64,000 nt of DNA from Girardia tigrina (Eukaryota). The DNA lies in contig MQRK01188858.1 of the NCBI GenBank assembly GCA_001938485.1, positions 1 to 64,000 of the forward strand, written 5' to 3'. Below the pieces are notes generated by a model. That model searched no databases. It was given only the letters and a program-made list of their open reading frames with translations, and had not been told where the DNA came from. Shown here piece by piece: positions 23,418 to 36,216 of the stretch (the stretch's first letter is position 1; the number at the start of each line of letters is the position of its first letter). Both the position numbers and the translations under genes were made by a program.

Positions 23418-26160
23418 TATATAGACTAAGTTAACGTAAAAATTGATACACTAAAAATTTTTTTATTAAACAAAAACAAATAAAGCAAGATATAAATAAG
23501 GCGAGATATTCTCCGGTATTATTTATGACAGTCTTTAGATAGTTTTTTGAATTTTTAAAATCGATTGGTTTTAAAGCAAAGAATTCGTGCAGTACAAAAC
23601 AAGACAAAACCAGATGACAAGGAGACTACTTACTCTTGAATAGTTAGTCTAGTGGTTATTGCAGTGGAAGGTCAAGCATTATCGGATTGCAAAATCATTT
23701 AATTCTATTTTTTATAGGGAATAATATTTTTGCTACATAAAAGGTAGATGGAATTGTTCACAATAACCGATACTTTTTAGGAAATAATTCATGATAAACG
23801 ATTTCTTCTTGATTCTACCAAACTCAGATCACGGTATTTTCGATTTTGAATCCTGGAATTTCACGTAGCAAAAGCGATTGATTATGATGATGATATAAAC
23901 GCTTGCAAGAATAGAATCGCTAATTCTTACTTTTTTTCTTTCTAAGCCGCGCACTACATTTTGACCTTTCCAATCTATTACAGACGTCAAACGGTGGTTG
24001 AGTGATCACACTTCATCTCTTCAATCATTTCATAAGTTGTTTGACGAGAATTTTCAAAAAATAAAACGTTTAAATGTATTTTAAGTCTGATTTTCAATTA
24101 AAACTTCTATTTTTAAATCGAGACAAACATTTTTCGCAACTGAACATTTTGGATTTCTCAAGTAACTTCTTTTGTTTCAACATCACAATTAAGTAAATGA
24201 AAATACAATAAAATTTCAGAAATGAACCTTTTATATTAATCGTCTGTTTGTTGGTTTGCTACAAATTTTGTAAACGATTTTTCACCCATTTCCCGTAGTC
24301 CGATTAAACGGACATTTTGAACATGAACCAATTAAAAAATCTATTAACTAAATAATTAATTATTGTTTTTTTTCCAAAACCATTTTTGTGATTATCCATT
24401 GTGTTTATAAATTAAATATACTGTTCTCTAAAATTATATTTTTTTCTATTTGTCATAACTTTTGAATGATTCGTATTTTTTTCTAATAAATACATTTTTG
24501 GATTCCTTATCAATTATAGTTTATTTGGTTTAATCTTTGTAATGAGGAATTTTATAAAAAATATTCATATTCAAAACCACAATACATAACCCCTTCCCCT
24601 TAATTTTTACATAGGAAAAAAACATTTTTGCAACTTAAGGTTTGTAAAAAGTGGTCTGAAGACTGGACTATCCTAATCAGTAAAAGGGAAAAAAATATTT
24701 GGTAACAAATTTTTGAGCCTGACCGAATAGTTCGGGATTCCACCGCGATACCACAATAGCACAGCGCTAAAATATTCTAAAAAATCTTTTTTAACCTGCA
24801 GGTTATTTTACTATCCCGACCGACACGATAATACTGCTCCTTCGAGTAGGGAAAACAAAGTCTCGACTCTGAATCGATTAAATTGTTGAAAATATGGATC
24901 GATTCAAAGTCGAACTGTAGAAATCAGAACAGCCCCATCGATTATAATGGGACTCCGATCTACAAAATACCCGATAAATTCAGTCCAGGGTTAAGTTTCA
25001 GTTGATATTCGTATTTTTTCGGTTTTCAACCTTAGAATCAATGACAATATAAGCTTAGTTTGTAAAAAAAGTATTTTACTTGTTTTCATAACGAGACTCC
25101 ATATTAAAATCAAATAAAAGAAATACACAACTAAAGTTCAAAAGACACGAAATATTTTATAAATACATAAAAATACCGGCTATAGAATGGTATATTATGT
25201 GTACAAAAATTATAATTGAATTTGAAATAAAATGTACAACCTTGTACACCTATCTAGCATATTCATCATTCTTATGTCTTTATTGATTAATTTTTATTTA
25301 ATTTTTTTATAGATATTTATATTTCACCATGTGACTTATTTGCTTCTTCTACTAGAAATAATTTCTTTTTAATGATATTATTTGTCAATCATTCCAATTG
25401 AAATAGTTTAATTATTATGTTTTTTATTTGATGACTTCGCTTTGGACATTATTTCATATATCAAATTGGCATTTTGATTATGAAAAATATTTAAAGCTTC
25501 CGTAAATTATAATTATAAAACAATTATTTGAATGATTAGACATATATATGAAATCGAAACACACATTTGTCTTAGTTTTTTTAATGTATAAAAATAAAAT
25601 AATATTAACTAATCAAAATAAAATAATATTAACTAAAGTAATAATTATTTTATTTTTCAATTAATTTATTTTTTTAATTTATGTAATTATTATAAATAAA
25701 TATTACTTATGTTTAACCCATTGAAAATTTTTTTATTTTATATAGCTTATAAATTAACTACGTAGAGAACAATAATTTTAATTGAAATTTTAATTAATAC
25801 ACATAATTAAGTAATAATAAAATACTATTTGATAATTAAATAAATAAAAAAATAATTTAATATAATCCGAATATTTTTTAAAAAAATAATTTGATGATTT
25901 GAATTCTTTGGATATGGTAATTCTTTAGGGACAATCCCCATGAATATTTATTAACTCATAAAATATTAAAATTACAATAATTAATATAATTTGACAAAAA
26001 ATTAATTTTAATTATTTTTTTTCAATACAATATGTAATTAATAAAATACCGGATGTAAAATGATAATTATTTTTTTCTTTATCAATACAAATAATGCAAT
26101 TTCAAATATAATAGTTTTAATAAGTTTTATTGTATTTTTGAAATAAATATATTATTTTAG

Positions 26161-26306
26161 AAATCCGATCATTCACAAAATATGTCTCGAGAAAACCGAA
26201 CTATAAGTAATAATTTCGACAGAAATGGACTTCGAAGATCTCTCGGTGCTGCCTTCGCTCCTCAATGTGATATTCTTTCATCAAGAGAAAATAATAATTT
26301 TTTCGG
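26161..26306 (+). CDS. par-3: Par-3-like gene, exon 5 (KSDHSQNMSRENRTISNNFDRNGLRRSLGAAFAPQCDILSSRENNNFFG)
   Basis: ttttag|AAA acceptor, phase 0; GG|gtatat donor, phase 2; FDRNGLRRSLGA resembles the Par-3 linker motif FxRxxxRxSL. Confidence 0.65.
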
Positions 26307-27240
26307 GTATATAATAATAAGAAATAATATTAGTAATAATCATAATAATTATATTAGATATTAAATTTAAATAGTGTTATTTTTTATTTGATCACAAACT
26401 TCAAATTCTTGTGTTGCATAATATTGCATCACTTTATTTTTTTGTGAAAAATTACTTCTAATCAGTTTTATTCTTTTTTTATTTTTTAATCTCTGTTTAT
26501 TTTTCATTTTTCTATTTACACGGTTTTTGTCATGAAAATTTTGAAAATAAATATTATCTGATACAATAATTTGATAGGAATATTTAATTTAGATTTACTA
26601 ATTAAAATAACCAAAGATACAATAATTTTATTTTATGAAACAATTACAGTAATTGTTTTAAGTGATTATTTTAAAAATCTTTTTCACAAATATTTCATTT
26701 TTTTCTATTTTTATTATTAATTAATTTTTGATTTTGTTTTATTTTAAATAATAAGAATAAAAAATTGAAAAATTAAGTTTGAAAAATTAGAAAAAATAAA
26801 TTTAAATACCAAACATTTTATTTTACAGTTTTTAAAAATGCCAATTGATTGAATTCAATTATTTAAAACCATTCTATCACGGGTTAACATACATGGTTCA
26901 TTCAAAAATGTATTGCAATATCCATGAAAAAATAAAGAATGTAAGTGTATTTAAAAATCAATAAATAATAGCTAAAAATGCATATCACTTTTTTATGTAT
27001 CCTCAATCAACCGCTATTAACTTCCTCTACAGTGGCATTAGTTTGTCAAATGATTTCATGAAGAAAGTTGGATATTTATTAAAGACTCAGACACAAATAA
27101 GTTCTTGATATCATTAGCATTATTAAAAAACTTAATCCAACATATTTTCCTTTTTAAGTGATTTAATAAGTAAGTCTGAAGGCGTAAGATCGGACATCTA
27201 AAACGGCTGATCAAGGGATATGAAGCTGCAGTCTTAAATA

Positions 27241-27809
27241 CGAGGGGCGTTCCGAAAGTAAGTGGAAATACTTATATGCGGGTGTGCGCATGTGTGTGCA
27301 TCTTACAGAGGGACAGATGGCGTGGTGGAGTGATGTACTTACCAGCCAATAGAAATCGAGCAAAAGTGGCATTGGTCCATGCAACATGTGAGCAGCATAG
27401 AGGAAACTGTCATAGGNNNNNNNNNNNNNNNNNNNNNNNNNNNNNNNNNNNNNNNNNNNNNNNNNNNNNNCATCATCTTTTTCCTTTGGAAAGAGGATAC
27501 TCCAGTGTCTGACATTGTGCGCCGCTTATCAAATGTGTTTCAAGGAAGAGCCCTGCAAAAGTCTGCCGTCTACAATTGGGTGCATCAATTCGAAAATGGA
27601 CGTGAATCCTTGGACGACGCTGACAGGAGTGGACGTCCAGCAACGACGAGCACGGTAGAAAATGTGGAAAAAGTGTCGAAGACCATCAATGCAAATCGCT
27701 GCCTTACCTGCCTTGACAGTGATGAGGGTGATGACATTGTATTCCTTCAATAAATGCTTTCTTGTGGTGTCGTCTCCCTTTTTTCTACTTACTTTCGGAA
27801 CACCCCTCG
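27241..27809 (+). mobile_element. Internally deleted mariner derivative
   Basis: TA-flanked TIRs cgaggggcgttccgaaagtaagt / acttactttcggaacacccctcg; HTH region AVYNWVHQFENGRESLDDADRSGRP joined directly to the 3' end. Confidence 0.92.
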
Positions 27810-28054
27810 TAGATGAAATGGCAATATTTTTGTATTGTTGAATTAATAACTTACATTTTAAAATTTCTCATCGGAATTCTCTATTGACTAAAAAAATTTG
27901 ATAAGTCTTGATGTACAGATTTTCCCTTAAATTTTGAGATCGATTTTATATTTTTTATAAGATTTTTGACAAATCACGAAATATTTCCTCATTGCTCTTT
28001 TTCAGTAACAAATAACATTTGATTACTTATTATTCTACATTGACCATTTAGTCA

Positions 28055-28735
28055 CTATTCAAATATAAAATAAAAACAAACATAGAAACAGCCATTCGAT
28101 CGTTCAACAATCTGCGTAGCGAGGCTGCCGCGCTTCGTCTTTGGAGTTACTGAATTCGCTCGGAGACAAATTATATCGTCACTAACCTTAAGCGAGCAAA
28201 GGCGCTCAAAAGTCCGCCGCAACTCTGCACTGTATAGCTCCCAATCGTCAATTGTGGTCCTTAAGAGGACCGTATTTCTTTCACAATTATTAGAAGCACT
28301 TGAGGAACCACCGATGAAATAATCTGGTTGAAACAATTTCCTAAGATTCGAATTCAGTACGTAATCGAAAGTGGTACTATTCAATTCAACCATGACGCTG
28401 ATCAACACACACTTTCCATGAATTCCAGAAGTAAAGTAAACATAAATTCTCTGTAATTGCAAATCACTGTCGCCTTCGTAAACACCAGTGGTGATTATTT
28501 TCATAAACTTCGTTCCAATACTGTTTCCACAACTTTGAAATATTCTCAGACATTCATACCATTGATCATGAATGTCTTCACAAATTTTAGTAGGTACTGA
28601 AATCTCGTCAGTTTCTTTGATATACAATCTCTGATCGGGAATCCTTACATGATTATCTTCAAATATCTTTATAAAATAATCTACATTAAAAATATAGCCA
28701 AACGGCAAAGTTATCTGTTCTTTTAAATTAGACAT
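28055..28735 (-). CDS. Intact intronless 226-aa ORF of unknown function, antisense within a Par-3-like intron
   Basis: ATG-to-stop ORF of 681 nt in very AT-rich DNA where chance ORFs are short; globular-looking composition; no TE motif recognised. Confidence 0.6.
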   Translation of the reverse strand: MSNLKEQITLPFGYIFNVDYFIKIFEDNHVRIPDQRLYIKETDEISVPTKICEDIHDQWYECLRIFQSCGNSIGTKFMKIITTGVYEGDSDLQLQRIYVYFTSGIHGKCVLISVMVELNSTTFDYVLNSNLRKLFQPDYFIGGSSSASNNCERNTVLLRTTIDDWELYSAELRRTFERLCSLKVSDDIICLRANSVTPKTKRGSLATQIVERSNGCFYVCFYFIFE

Positions 28736-28885
28736 TAAATTTCAGTTAATGAATATTTTTCTTTAATGAAAAGAAATCGATATCGCCAGCGATAATTTTA
28801 TTCGATATCAAAATCATATAACAATAATTCGATTAAACAAACGAATTCAATTAACCAATTTTTAAATTCCTAATATATATATATA

Positions 28886-29090
28886 CAGGGTGGCCCAATG
28901 GGTACGCAGCCTCTAATTTTTGCGAAATATATTTCCGCAAATACAGTAACTTATTTCTCTTACTGGTACTTAAATCAATACACGATTGGAATATCGCCTT
29001 CCAATCTGTATATAATGATATATTCCCAGTGAATACAGGAATCTGCAGTGGTTCAAAAATTAGAGGCTGCGTACCCATTGGGCCACCCTG
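28886..29090. mobile_element. Young Tc1/mariner-type MITE with a BEL/Pao gag-like (DUF1759) internal fragment
   Basis: Perfect 37-bp TIRs cagggtggcccaatgggtacgcagcctctaatttttg inside (TA)n; minus-strand interior reads LQIPVFTGNISLYTDWKAIFQSCID...NKLLYLRKYIS. Confidence 0.85.
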
Positions 29091-29169
29091 TATATATATA
29101 TATANNNNNNNNNNNNNNNNNNNNNNNNNNNNNNNNNNNNNNNNNNNNNNNNNNNNNNNNNNNNNNNNN

Positions 29170-29218
<49 letters not shown>

Positions 29219-30789
29219 GATGTTATATTAATAGTTTTTTATTAAAACATTTTTTTGGCATAAATCTAATTTTTTATTTTCCAATTTTAATAAACTTTTT
29301 AATTCATTCTGACACATCCATTTTATGACATACACTTACTAGAGTCAGTAATACCAATAAATTCATGAACTAGTATTTTTCTTTAGTATTTAGTTCTAGG
29401 CATCTTTAAATGAACCACATAGTATTAATTTGATAAATCTAATAACAAAATTTAAGAATAAATATGCTTTAACCTTTAGTTGAACGTCTGTGCTTCAAGT
29501 ACCAGACAAAATTTGTGCTGTAAAGTCAAATTAATGATATGGTTCAATTTTTCTCTATTTTACTTTATTGTTAAACTTTAAAAATTGTTATGAAAATAAA
29601 GAAAAATATTGAAAAATTAAATATGATTATAAAACACAAATTTCGTATGGTACTGGAAAGTTCCCATTGTCAACTAAGTGTAAATTCAATATTTTATTTA
29701 TGTAGTCAATTTGTTCATTCTTTCCAATGCTTCATCAACCTACCTCATAAATTATATTAAATTATATTAAATCTACCAATCTACTTCCTTTCATCAATTT
29801 ATCACCCACGAACCTACAAAACTTATATTAATCATCATAAATTCTCAAAAATTTCTTAAGGCCACATTCACTGTATACCTTTCTTTGCTATATACTTTTT
29901 ATCATGACGTCTATGAAGCAATCAATCAATAGTGTTGATTTCTAAATTTTTAAACTAAATAAATGTTAGGAAAATTTTTGAAATAAGGTTAAATTAAATA
30001 TGTACAAATTAAAATTTATATATAATTAAATAGGTAGAGTTTGAAAAAGAAATTACTAAAATTAAGAAGATCTAATTAAATTGTTAATAATTAAAATTTT
30101 TTTGAGAGTTTTAAATATAATATAAAAATTAAAATGTATAAATTTTATATGTATAACGATTTTTAAAAATTAATAAAATTAAACGAAACGATTACATATT
30201 TTAAAATGTTATCGTAACTTAAAATTGACTTATAAAATTAAAATAAAAAATAAAATATTATTATCATAAGTATTTTTATTTATATCGGTTTAAGATTTAT
30301 AAAACAAATTGTTTCTGAAAAAATAATAAGTTTGTTTAAATATTAGATTTAAACATTTTTTTGTGTTGTATAATAAAGTTTGGATGTCTGAAGTAACTCT
30401 TAATAATAATTCCGACGATGTTCTAAGAACCTCTTATAATAAATATTTTTAATTTAAATTTATTGATTAAGTAGTAAGATTCGAATACTAAGTGCAAATA
30501 ATCACTTCGTTCCGTTTCTTTCTTTTCCTCTCTTTTAATGACTTAAATACTTTAATCGTATGTGTAGCTTAAATATAATGATTATATATTTACTTATATG
30601 CATTACTTATTTATTTCTTGTTTATTCTTTGGCCTAAAGAGAAGAAAAGTCTTATACAAAAAGAAGAGAAACAGGACGAAAAAATTATTATATTTATTTA
30701 TATTCCTTCACAAAAGCAAAAGAAATAAATTTGAGAGATTAAATCAATGAATATCAAAGTAAAAATTAAAATTTACTATAGAAATACAT

Positions 30790-31366
30790 CGCTTCGGTAT
30801 ACAGCCATTATTTGTTTCTTATCCAGTTCTTGTTTTTCTAAATTGGTTGCGGCGAGAGGTTATGATGACCATTTTTTGAAAATCGCTTGGTGTTTCTCAC
30901 AGGTATTTCGATGTGAAAGTCATCAAAATAAATGACGTAGTACGCAAGTGGTGTAGAAAAATCCCGTAAGACTGTTCTTAATCCTCGACAAAGTGTCCTT
31001 GCACGAATCCGTTATGGTTCAATGAAGTGACTTCGTGGAGCTTTCTTATCATCATTACAGTCCGGATCTTAGTCCATGCGATTTCTTTATGTTTTGTCAT
31101 CGCAAAAAGTATCTAAAAGGGAGGCTGTTTGTATACAAAGAGGAAGTGATGCAAACGATGACCTCATTCCTTAGCGAAAAACCAGCTGACTAGTAAGTGT
31201 CTTCTCCCTTCTAGCCAGACAGTGGAATATGTGCTTTAAGAATGATGGAGGCTAAACTAGCTTGTTACCATAACCTTTACGACATACCTAAGAAATAAAT
31301 GCATTTTGGATTTCATAGCGCGTTTTTAATTGGGGTAATCTAAGGACTATTTGATGTCACCCTGTA
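30790..31366 (+). mobile_element. mariner 3' remnant
   Basis: YSPDLSPCDFFMF...KKYLKGRLF; end ggactatttgatgtcaccctgta. Confidence 0.75.
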
Positions 31367-32058
31367 CATCTTGACTTTATTCGCAAATCAAAATATGGAG
31401 AAAGTGATATACACAATTCAATCTATCTACACACTCCATAAAATTAATCTCATTATCACCGAATTGTCTCAGTCAAAAACCAAAAGCTATCGTCAAAAAT
31501 ACTAAAAACGATATATCTTATCAGCATTCAAATTCTGTCATCTATTATTCGGCAACTACTTTGTTAATTTCTTTCCCAGATCTTATTTAATAGTTGTAAA
31601 TTATTAACGTTTTTGAGCAATTTTTATCAATATTGTAGAAATTCTTTTTACAAGATTTACTTTTATTTCTGAAAGAGTCAAATTAGAAAGATATGTTTAA
31701 CTACCGACAATTTAATTGAATGAAACTGGGATTTAGAAGATTGCTTACGATATTAATATATCAAACTAAAAAGGGATTTTTTTTCAGATCTAGGTAGATG
31801 GTACTATGATTTTTAAAACGAGGTATTACAATTGGGTTTATCTCAAGTAGGTTCTGAGAAAAGGTACCGGGACTTAAAGGGTTAAAACTTCGGAAGAGTT
31901 AGAAATTTTTACAATCTTTTGCTTGATAATTAATCATTTTTTAATGTGATCAAGGTAATAAAATGAAATTAAAACAAGAATAATGTTAAAGTTTAATTAC
32001 AAATGAGATATGTCAGAATTAATTTGCTTATTATTAATATTTGTATTTATCTTTACAG

Positions 32059-32201
32059 ATTTAATTCCAACAATGCATATCCAAATGAAATACATTCATC
32101 AGATTCATCGATTTCAGATTGCTATCAAAAACCACAAAATAATTATAAAGGAAAACCGAATAAAATAACCGGTTTAACTATTAAATCATCCAATATCGGA
32201 G
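32059..32201 (+). CDS. par-3: Par-3-like gene, exon 6 (FNSNNAYPNEIHSSDSSISDCYQKPQNNYKGKPNKITGLTIKSSNIG)
   Basis: ctttacag|A acceptor, phase 2 (GG+A gives Gly with exon 5); strong G|gtaaga donor, phase 1. Confidence 0.65.
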
Positions 32202-32379
32202 GTAAGAAGATAACAATATTTTAATATATAATATTTTTTGATTTTGTAATTTAATAAAATAAGTTAAAACGAAAATTTCATTTTTTTTCTGAGAGACGAA
32301 GGTTTTTACAGAACATTTTTTAAATTAAAGAAATCATAAACATAAAGAAGCATATGGAAAGCGATCTCTCGTCCTGGAA

Positions 32380-32835
32380 GAGTTTTTCTGTCACTATTTA
32401 ATCAGAGTCACACTGTAAAGAACAACCTTTCGGAAGCTATGCAGTTTCAACAATGCAACGTATTTCAACATGAGGGGCTTAATCCCACACAAAAGATGCT
32501 GGGTCCTGGCTGACTGAACAATGCTTGTGGTGTCTTGTGGTTCTGACCTGGATGTTCCCCAGACATCAAGCCCAGTGAATACTGCAGAACAAAATCAACT
32601 GAGAAGTTTCAAAGCTGAAGCTCAATAACTGTGCTGATTTAACAACTAAAATATAAACCGCGGGACAACAATAATTGAGGTTATATTCGCTTTAAAAAGA
32701 GAAAGCGTGAATTTTACTTAAGGACTTGATTCATTACTTAAATGGTTTTATTTATCAGTAAAGTGGCAACACATTTTTCTTATGGATTTGGTCATTTTTT
32801 CACATTGTGCTCTAAACTTTTAACCATAGCCGAGG
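32380..32835 (+). mobile_element. Decayed Tc1-like 3' remnant
   Basis: VFQHEG...*PGCSPDIKPSE (WPGNSPDLNPIE-like) and a Tc1-type end gtgctctaaacttttaaccatagc. Confidence 0.5.
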
Positions 32836-33619
32836 ATACAGAGTAACACTGATTTAAGTTAATTTTGCTACAGTTACATTTGTAAATAAAAATTATTAAT
32901 AAATATTGAACATTTTAAAATTACTTTTATAATATAATATCTAAAAATAGCTATCAAAAACAACAAATATGCTCGGTTTAAAGAATAATTTTTCTTGTTT
33001 ATGTTGCCAAGTCTTCTTTTGAGGTTACTTGCACGGTTTGTATGTTTTTGTATTATCAAAGTTATATTTTTACAATATTTTATTTTTTTATTATTAATTA
33101 TCAATTATTATTATTATTAACAATAATAATAATTATTATTATTATTTGATCTTTTATTAATCAGATAAGGAATTAATATTAAAAGAAATTAGCAGTCATT
33201 GCAATTTTATAAAACTGAAAATATGTTGATAAATAAATATATTTAATCTTCTCAATTATTTACATCTAAGCATTTTGATATCATTTAGGAAAATAATGAC
33301 TTCAACCAAAAAGGGAATTTATATATTACTGTATAATTATTATTTTAATATTACTCTTGAACAACGGAGATAAATACTTTGGGATTTTAATTATTTTTAT
33401 TGGGTTCTTGATCAAGAATTGAATTCATCAAAACACAAAACTTTATTTTTTATAACAATTAACAATTATTTAAACGATTCTTGTTGAGGAACCTTTCTTA
33501 TGTTTTTTTTCGACGAGATTCATTATACATAAAAATACTAAATAAAAATACCGATAAGTTTTTTTTTCAAATCGAATTTATTATTTTATTTTCTTTGTAG
33601 TTACAATAATTAGAGTGGA

Positions 33620-34147
33620 GGTTGTTGCTTGGCCAAGGTCTACCTATGATCTTTTGCGCTCTAGATTCTCGTAATACAACCATTTCTCGTCACCAGTAAC
33701 AATTCGTCATAGAAAGGATTTTCGCTGGTGATGTGCATAAAATGAGATGCATAAACTCAATCTTTCAGCAATATTTGCTAGAGATTGCTGGTGCTGCAGC
33801 CATCTTCCAATCTTCAGGATTTTACCTATGGTTTGTAATCTCCTTAGAACAGGAGATTGGTTCATTCCAAGTTTTATAACCAGTTTACGTGTGGTTTGAG
33901 CAGTATTCTCATCTAAGAGTGCTTGGAATTCGGTGTTCTTCATTTCTTTGGGTCTGTCATTCTCTCTTTATCCTGGAGCACCAATTCACCATTTTTTAAG
34001 CTCCTGGAACCAAATATTAAATTCCAATAGGCCGCAACACCATTTCTATACGCATGACAGATCTAGGCCTTTGTTTCTGCATCGTTTTTTTCCAAGTTTA
34101 AACATGAAGAGAATTCAATATCTGAAATGTAACTTCTTGTCCTCCAT
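33620..34147 (-). mobile_element. mariner N-terminal remnant
   Basis: LLDENTAQTTRKL...VLRRLQTIGKILKIGRWLQH...RIVTGDEKWLYYEN. Confidence 0.85.
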
Positions 34148-34948
34148 TAATAAACGTGAGAAGTATTTGTGACGTCAATATCAGAATTCATTTTACTCAA
34201 ATTATATATTTATTATAAAAAAACTTTCAAACAAATTTTCCAACTATTTTCTTAATTAATAATTAATCCGCTGATCTTTATTTTCAAATAATTTTTTCAT
34301 CAATTTATAATTTTAATCAAATGAAAAACATCATTCAACCTTTTTAAATTTTTAAACAAAAATATTTATTCAAAATGATTTTACATATATTAAAAGTTTT
34401 TTTTAAAAATATTTAATGTTTAAATATGTTATTTTTACTTTAATCTTTTTATACTATTTTTTTTTAATTTTGTTTATCAACTAAAATCTTATATGCTGTT
34501 TTTTACTTTTACGTTTTTTTAAAAACCATTTTTAATATTTTAATTTAGAAATTTTGAAAATACGTTATATTTAATATTCAATTTTTTTTATTTTTTAAAT
34601 ATTAGATTTTTTAATCATATAATTAAATGAATTCAAAATTAGAAAATACATTTTAGAAAACATTAATAAAATTTTTTAATAAAGAATGTTTTTAAATTCA
34701 TATCTGCAATACTTAATTAATTTTTAAAATTTTCAATTTGATTTTAATTCAAAGTAATCCTTTTTAAAACTATTTAAATTTTGATCAGCGAACCAAAAAT
34801 TAATTACCTCCTCATAAACGTATTTAGAAAAAGCAATACGTAAAGAATTCGTTTTATGGAAATTATAGATCGAAGTATAGATTATATTTAAACTGGGACA
34901 AGTTAATATTATGTTGATATAAAGGTTCTTGGCCACTACTTAATATTA

Positions 34949-36216
34949 TTAGGTGCGTGCAAAAAATCGTGCCCGATATTCATAGATGGCAGAAGCATGC
35001 ACTTTGGACAGTGCTGTCTTTATTATATGATCACATGATTTACTAACATTGATCTACAGGTGTAGTGAGTTAACATAACCTTAAAAATAAAGTTAATTTA
35101 AACTAATTTATGCGCAGGGTTAGTATTCAAAATGAACTATGATAAGTTGCATTTGCGTGATGTTATGTTATACGAATTTAAAAAAGGAGTCAGTGTTGGA
35201 ACTGCTACAAAAAATATTAAAAACGTTTATTCGGATCGTGCTCCTGCTCTACGGACAGTTAAAAAGTGGTTTTTCGATTTCGAAATGGAGACTTCAATTT
35301 AAATGATCAACTTCGCTCTGGTCGACCTTCTGGCATTAATAATGACTTTATCCGTGATTTGGTGAGTAGTAATACAAAGATTCCAACTGAAGAGATTGCT
35401 GAGAAGTTAAATGTTGACAGATCGACAGCATTTCGCCATTTAAAAAAAAAACTTGGCTATACTTCGAAACTCGATATATGGGTTCCGCATATTTGACGGA
35501 ATTGAACAAACTGAAACGTGTTTCGACTGCTGTTTCTCTCCTTGCACGTCAACAAAATGAACCTTTTTTGGATCAAGTAATAACTGCAGATGAAAAATGG
35601 ATAATGTATCACAACATAGAAAAAGAAGCTGTAAGTATGGGAGTGAACAAGTAGAATCTTTGGCAATAGCTGAATTGCATCCAATGAAAATTTTGTTATG
35701 TGTCTGGTGGGATCGCAGAGGAATAATTTATTTTGCTTCCACGTGGCAAAACAATAACTGCGGAGAAGTATTGTGAGCAACTTAATATGTAAATCCAAGA
35801 AAACGTCCAAGTCTGGTTAATCGAAAATGCATCATCTTTCACCGCGACAATGCTAGACCTCATGTCACTTAACAGACACTAAAAAAATTAAGGGAACTAG
35901 AATGGGAAATCCTCCCGCACCCGCTATACTCCCCTGACCTTGCCCCTTCGGATTTTCATCTTTTTCGTTCTCTTCAAAATAATTTGAATGGCAAAAACTT
36001 GCTTCTGCTGAAGAAGTCCAAAACTACCTTACAACTTTCTTTGAAGATAAACCACCGAGTTTCTACCAAAAAGGATTTCAAAAACTTGTAGAACGTTGGG
36101 AGACAGTTATAGAAAATGGTGGGAAGTACATTATTGATTAATAAAAATATTTTTTCACGAAAATGTGTTTTATTTAATTTATTTTACATCGGGCACGAAT
36201 TTTTGCACGCACCTAA
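34949..36216 (+). mobile_element. Full-length mariner (DD34D) with frameshifts
   Basis: TA-flanked TIRs ttaggtgcgtgcaaaaaatcgtgcccgat / atcgggcacgaatttttgcacgcacctaa; ATG at 35132, RSGRP, WVPH, ITADEKWI, DNARPH and HPLYSPDLAPSDFHLF. Confidence 0.95.

Noticed and set aside
24700-25010. GC-richer island that could be a host exon
   Set aside because: Stops in all frames; ESIKLLKIWIDSK weakly resembles a LINE RT C-terminus but is too decayed to call.
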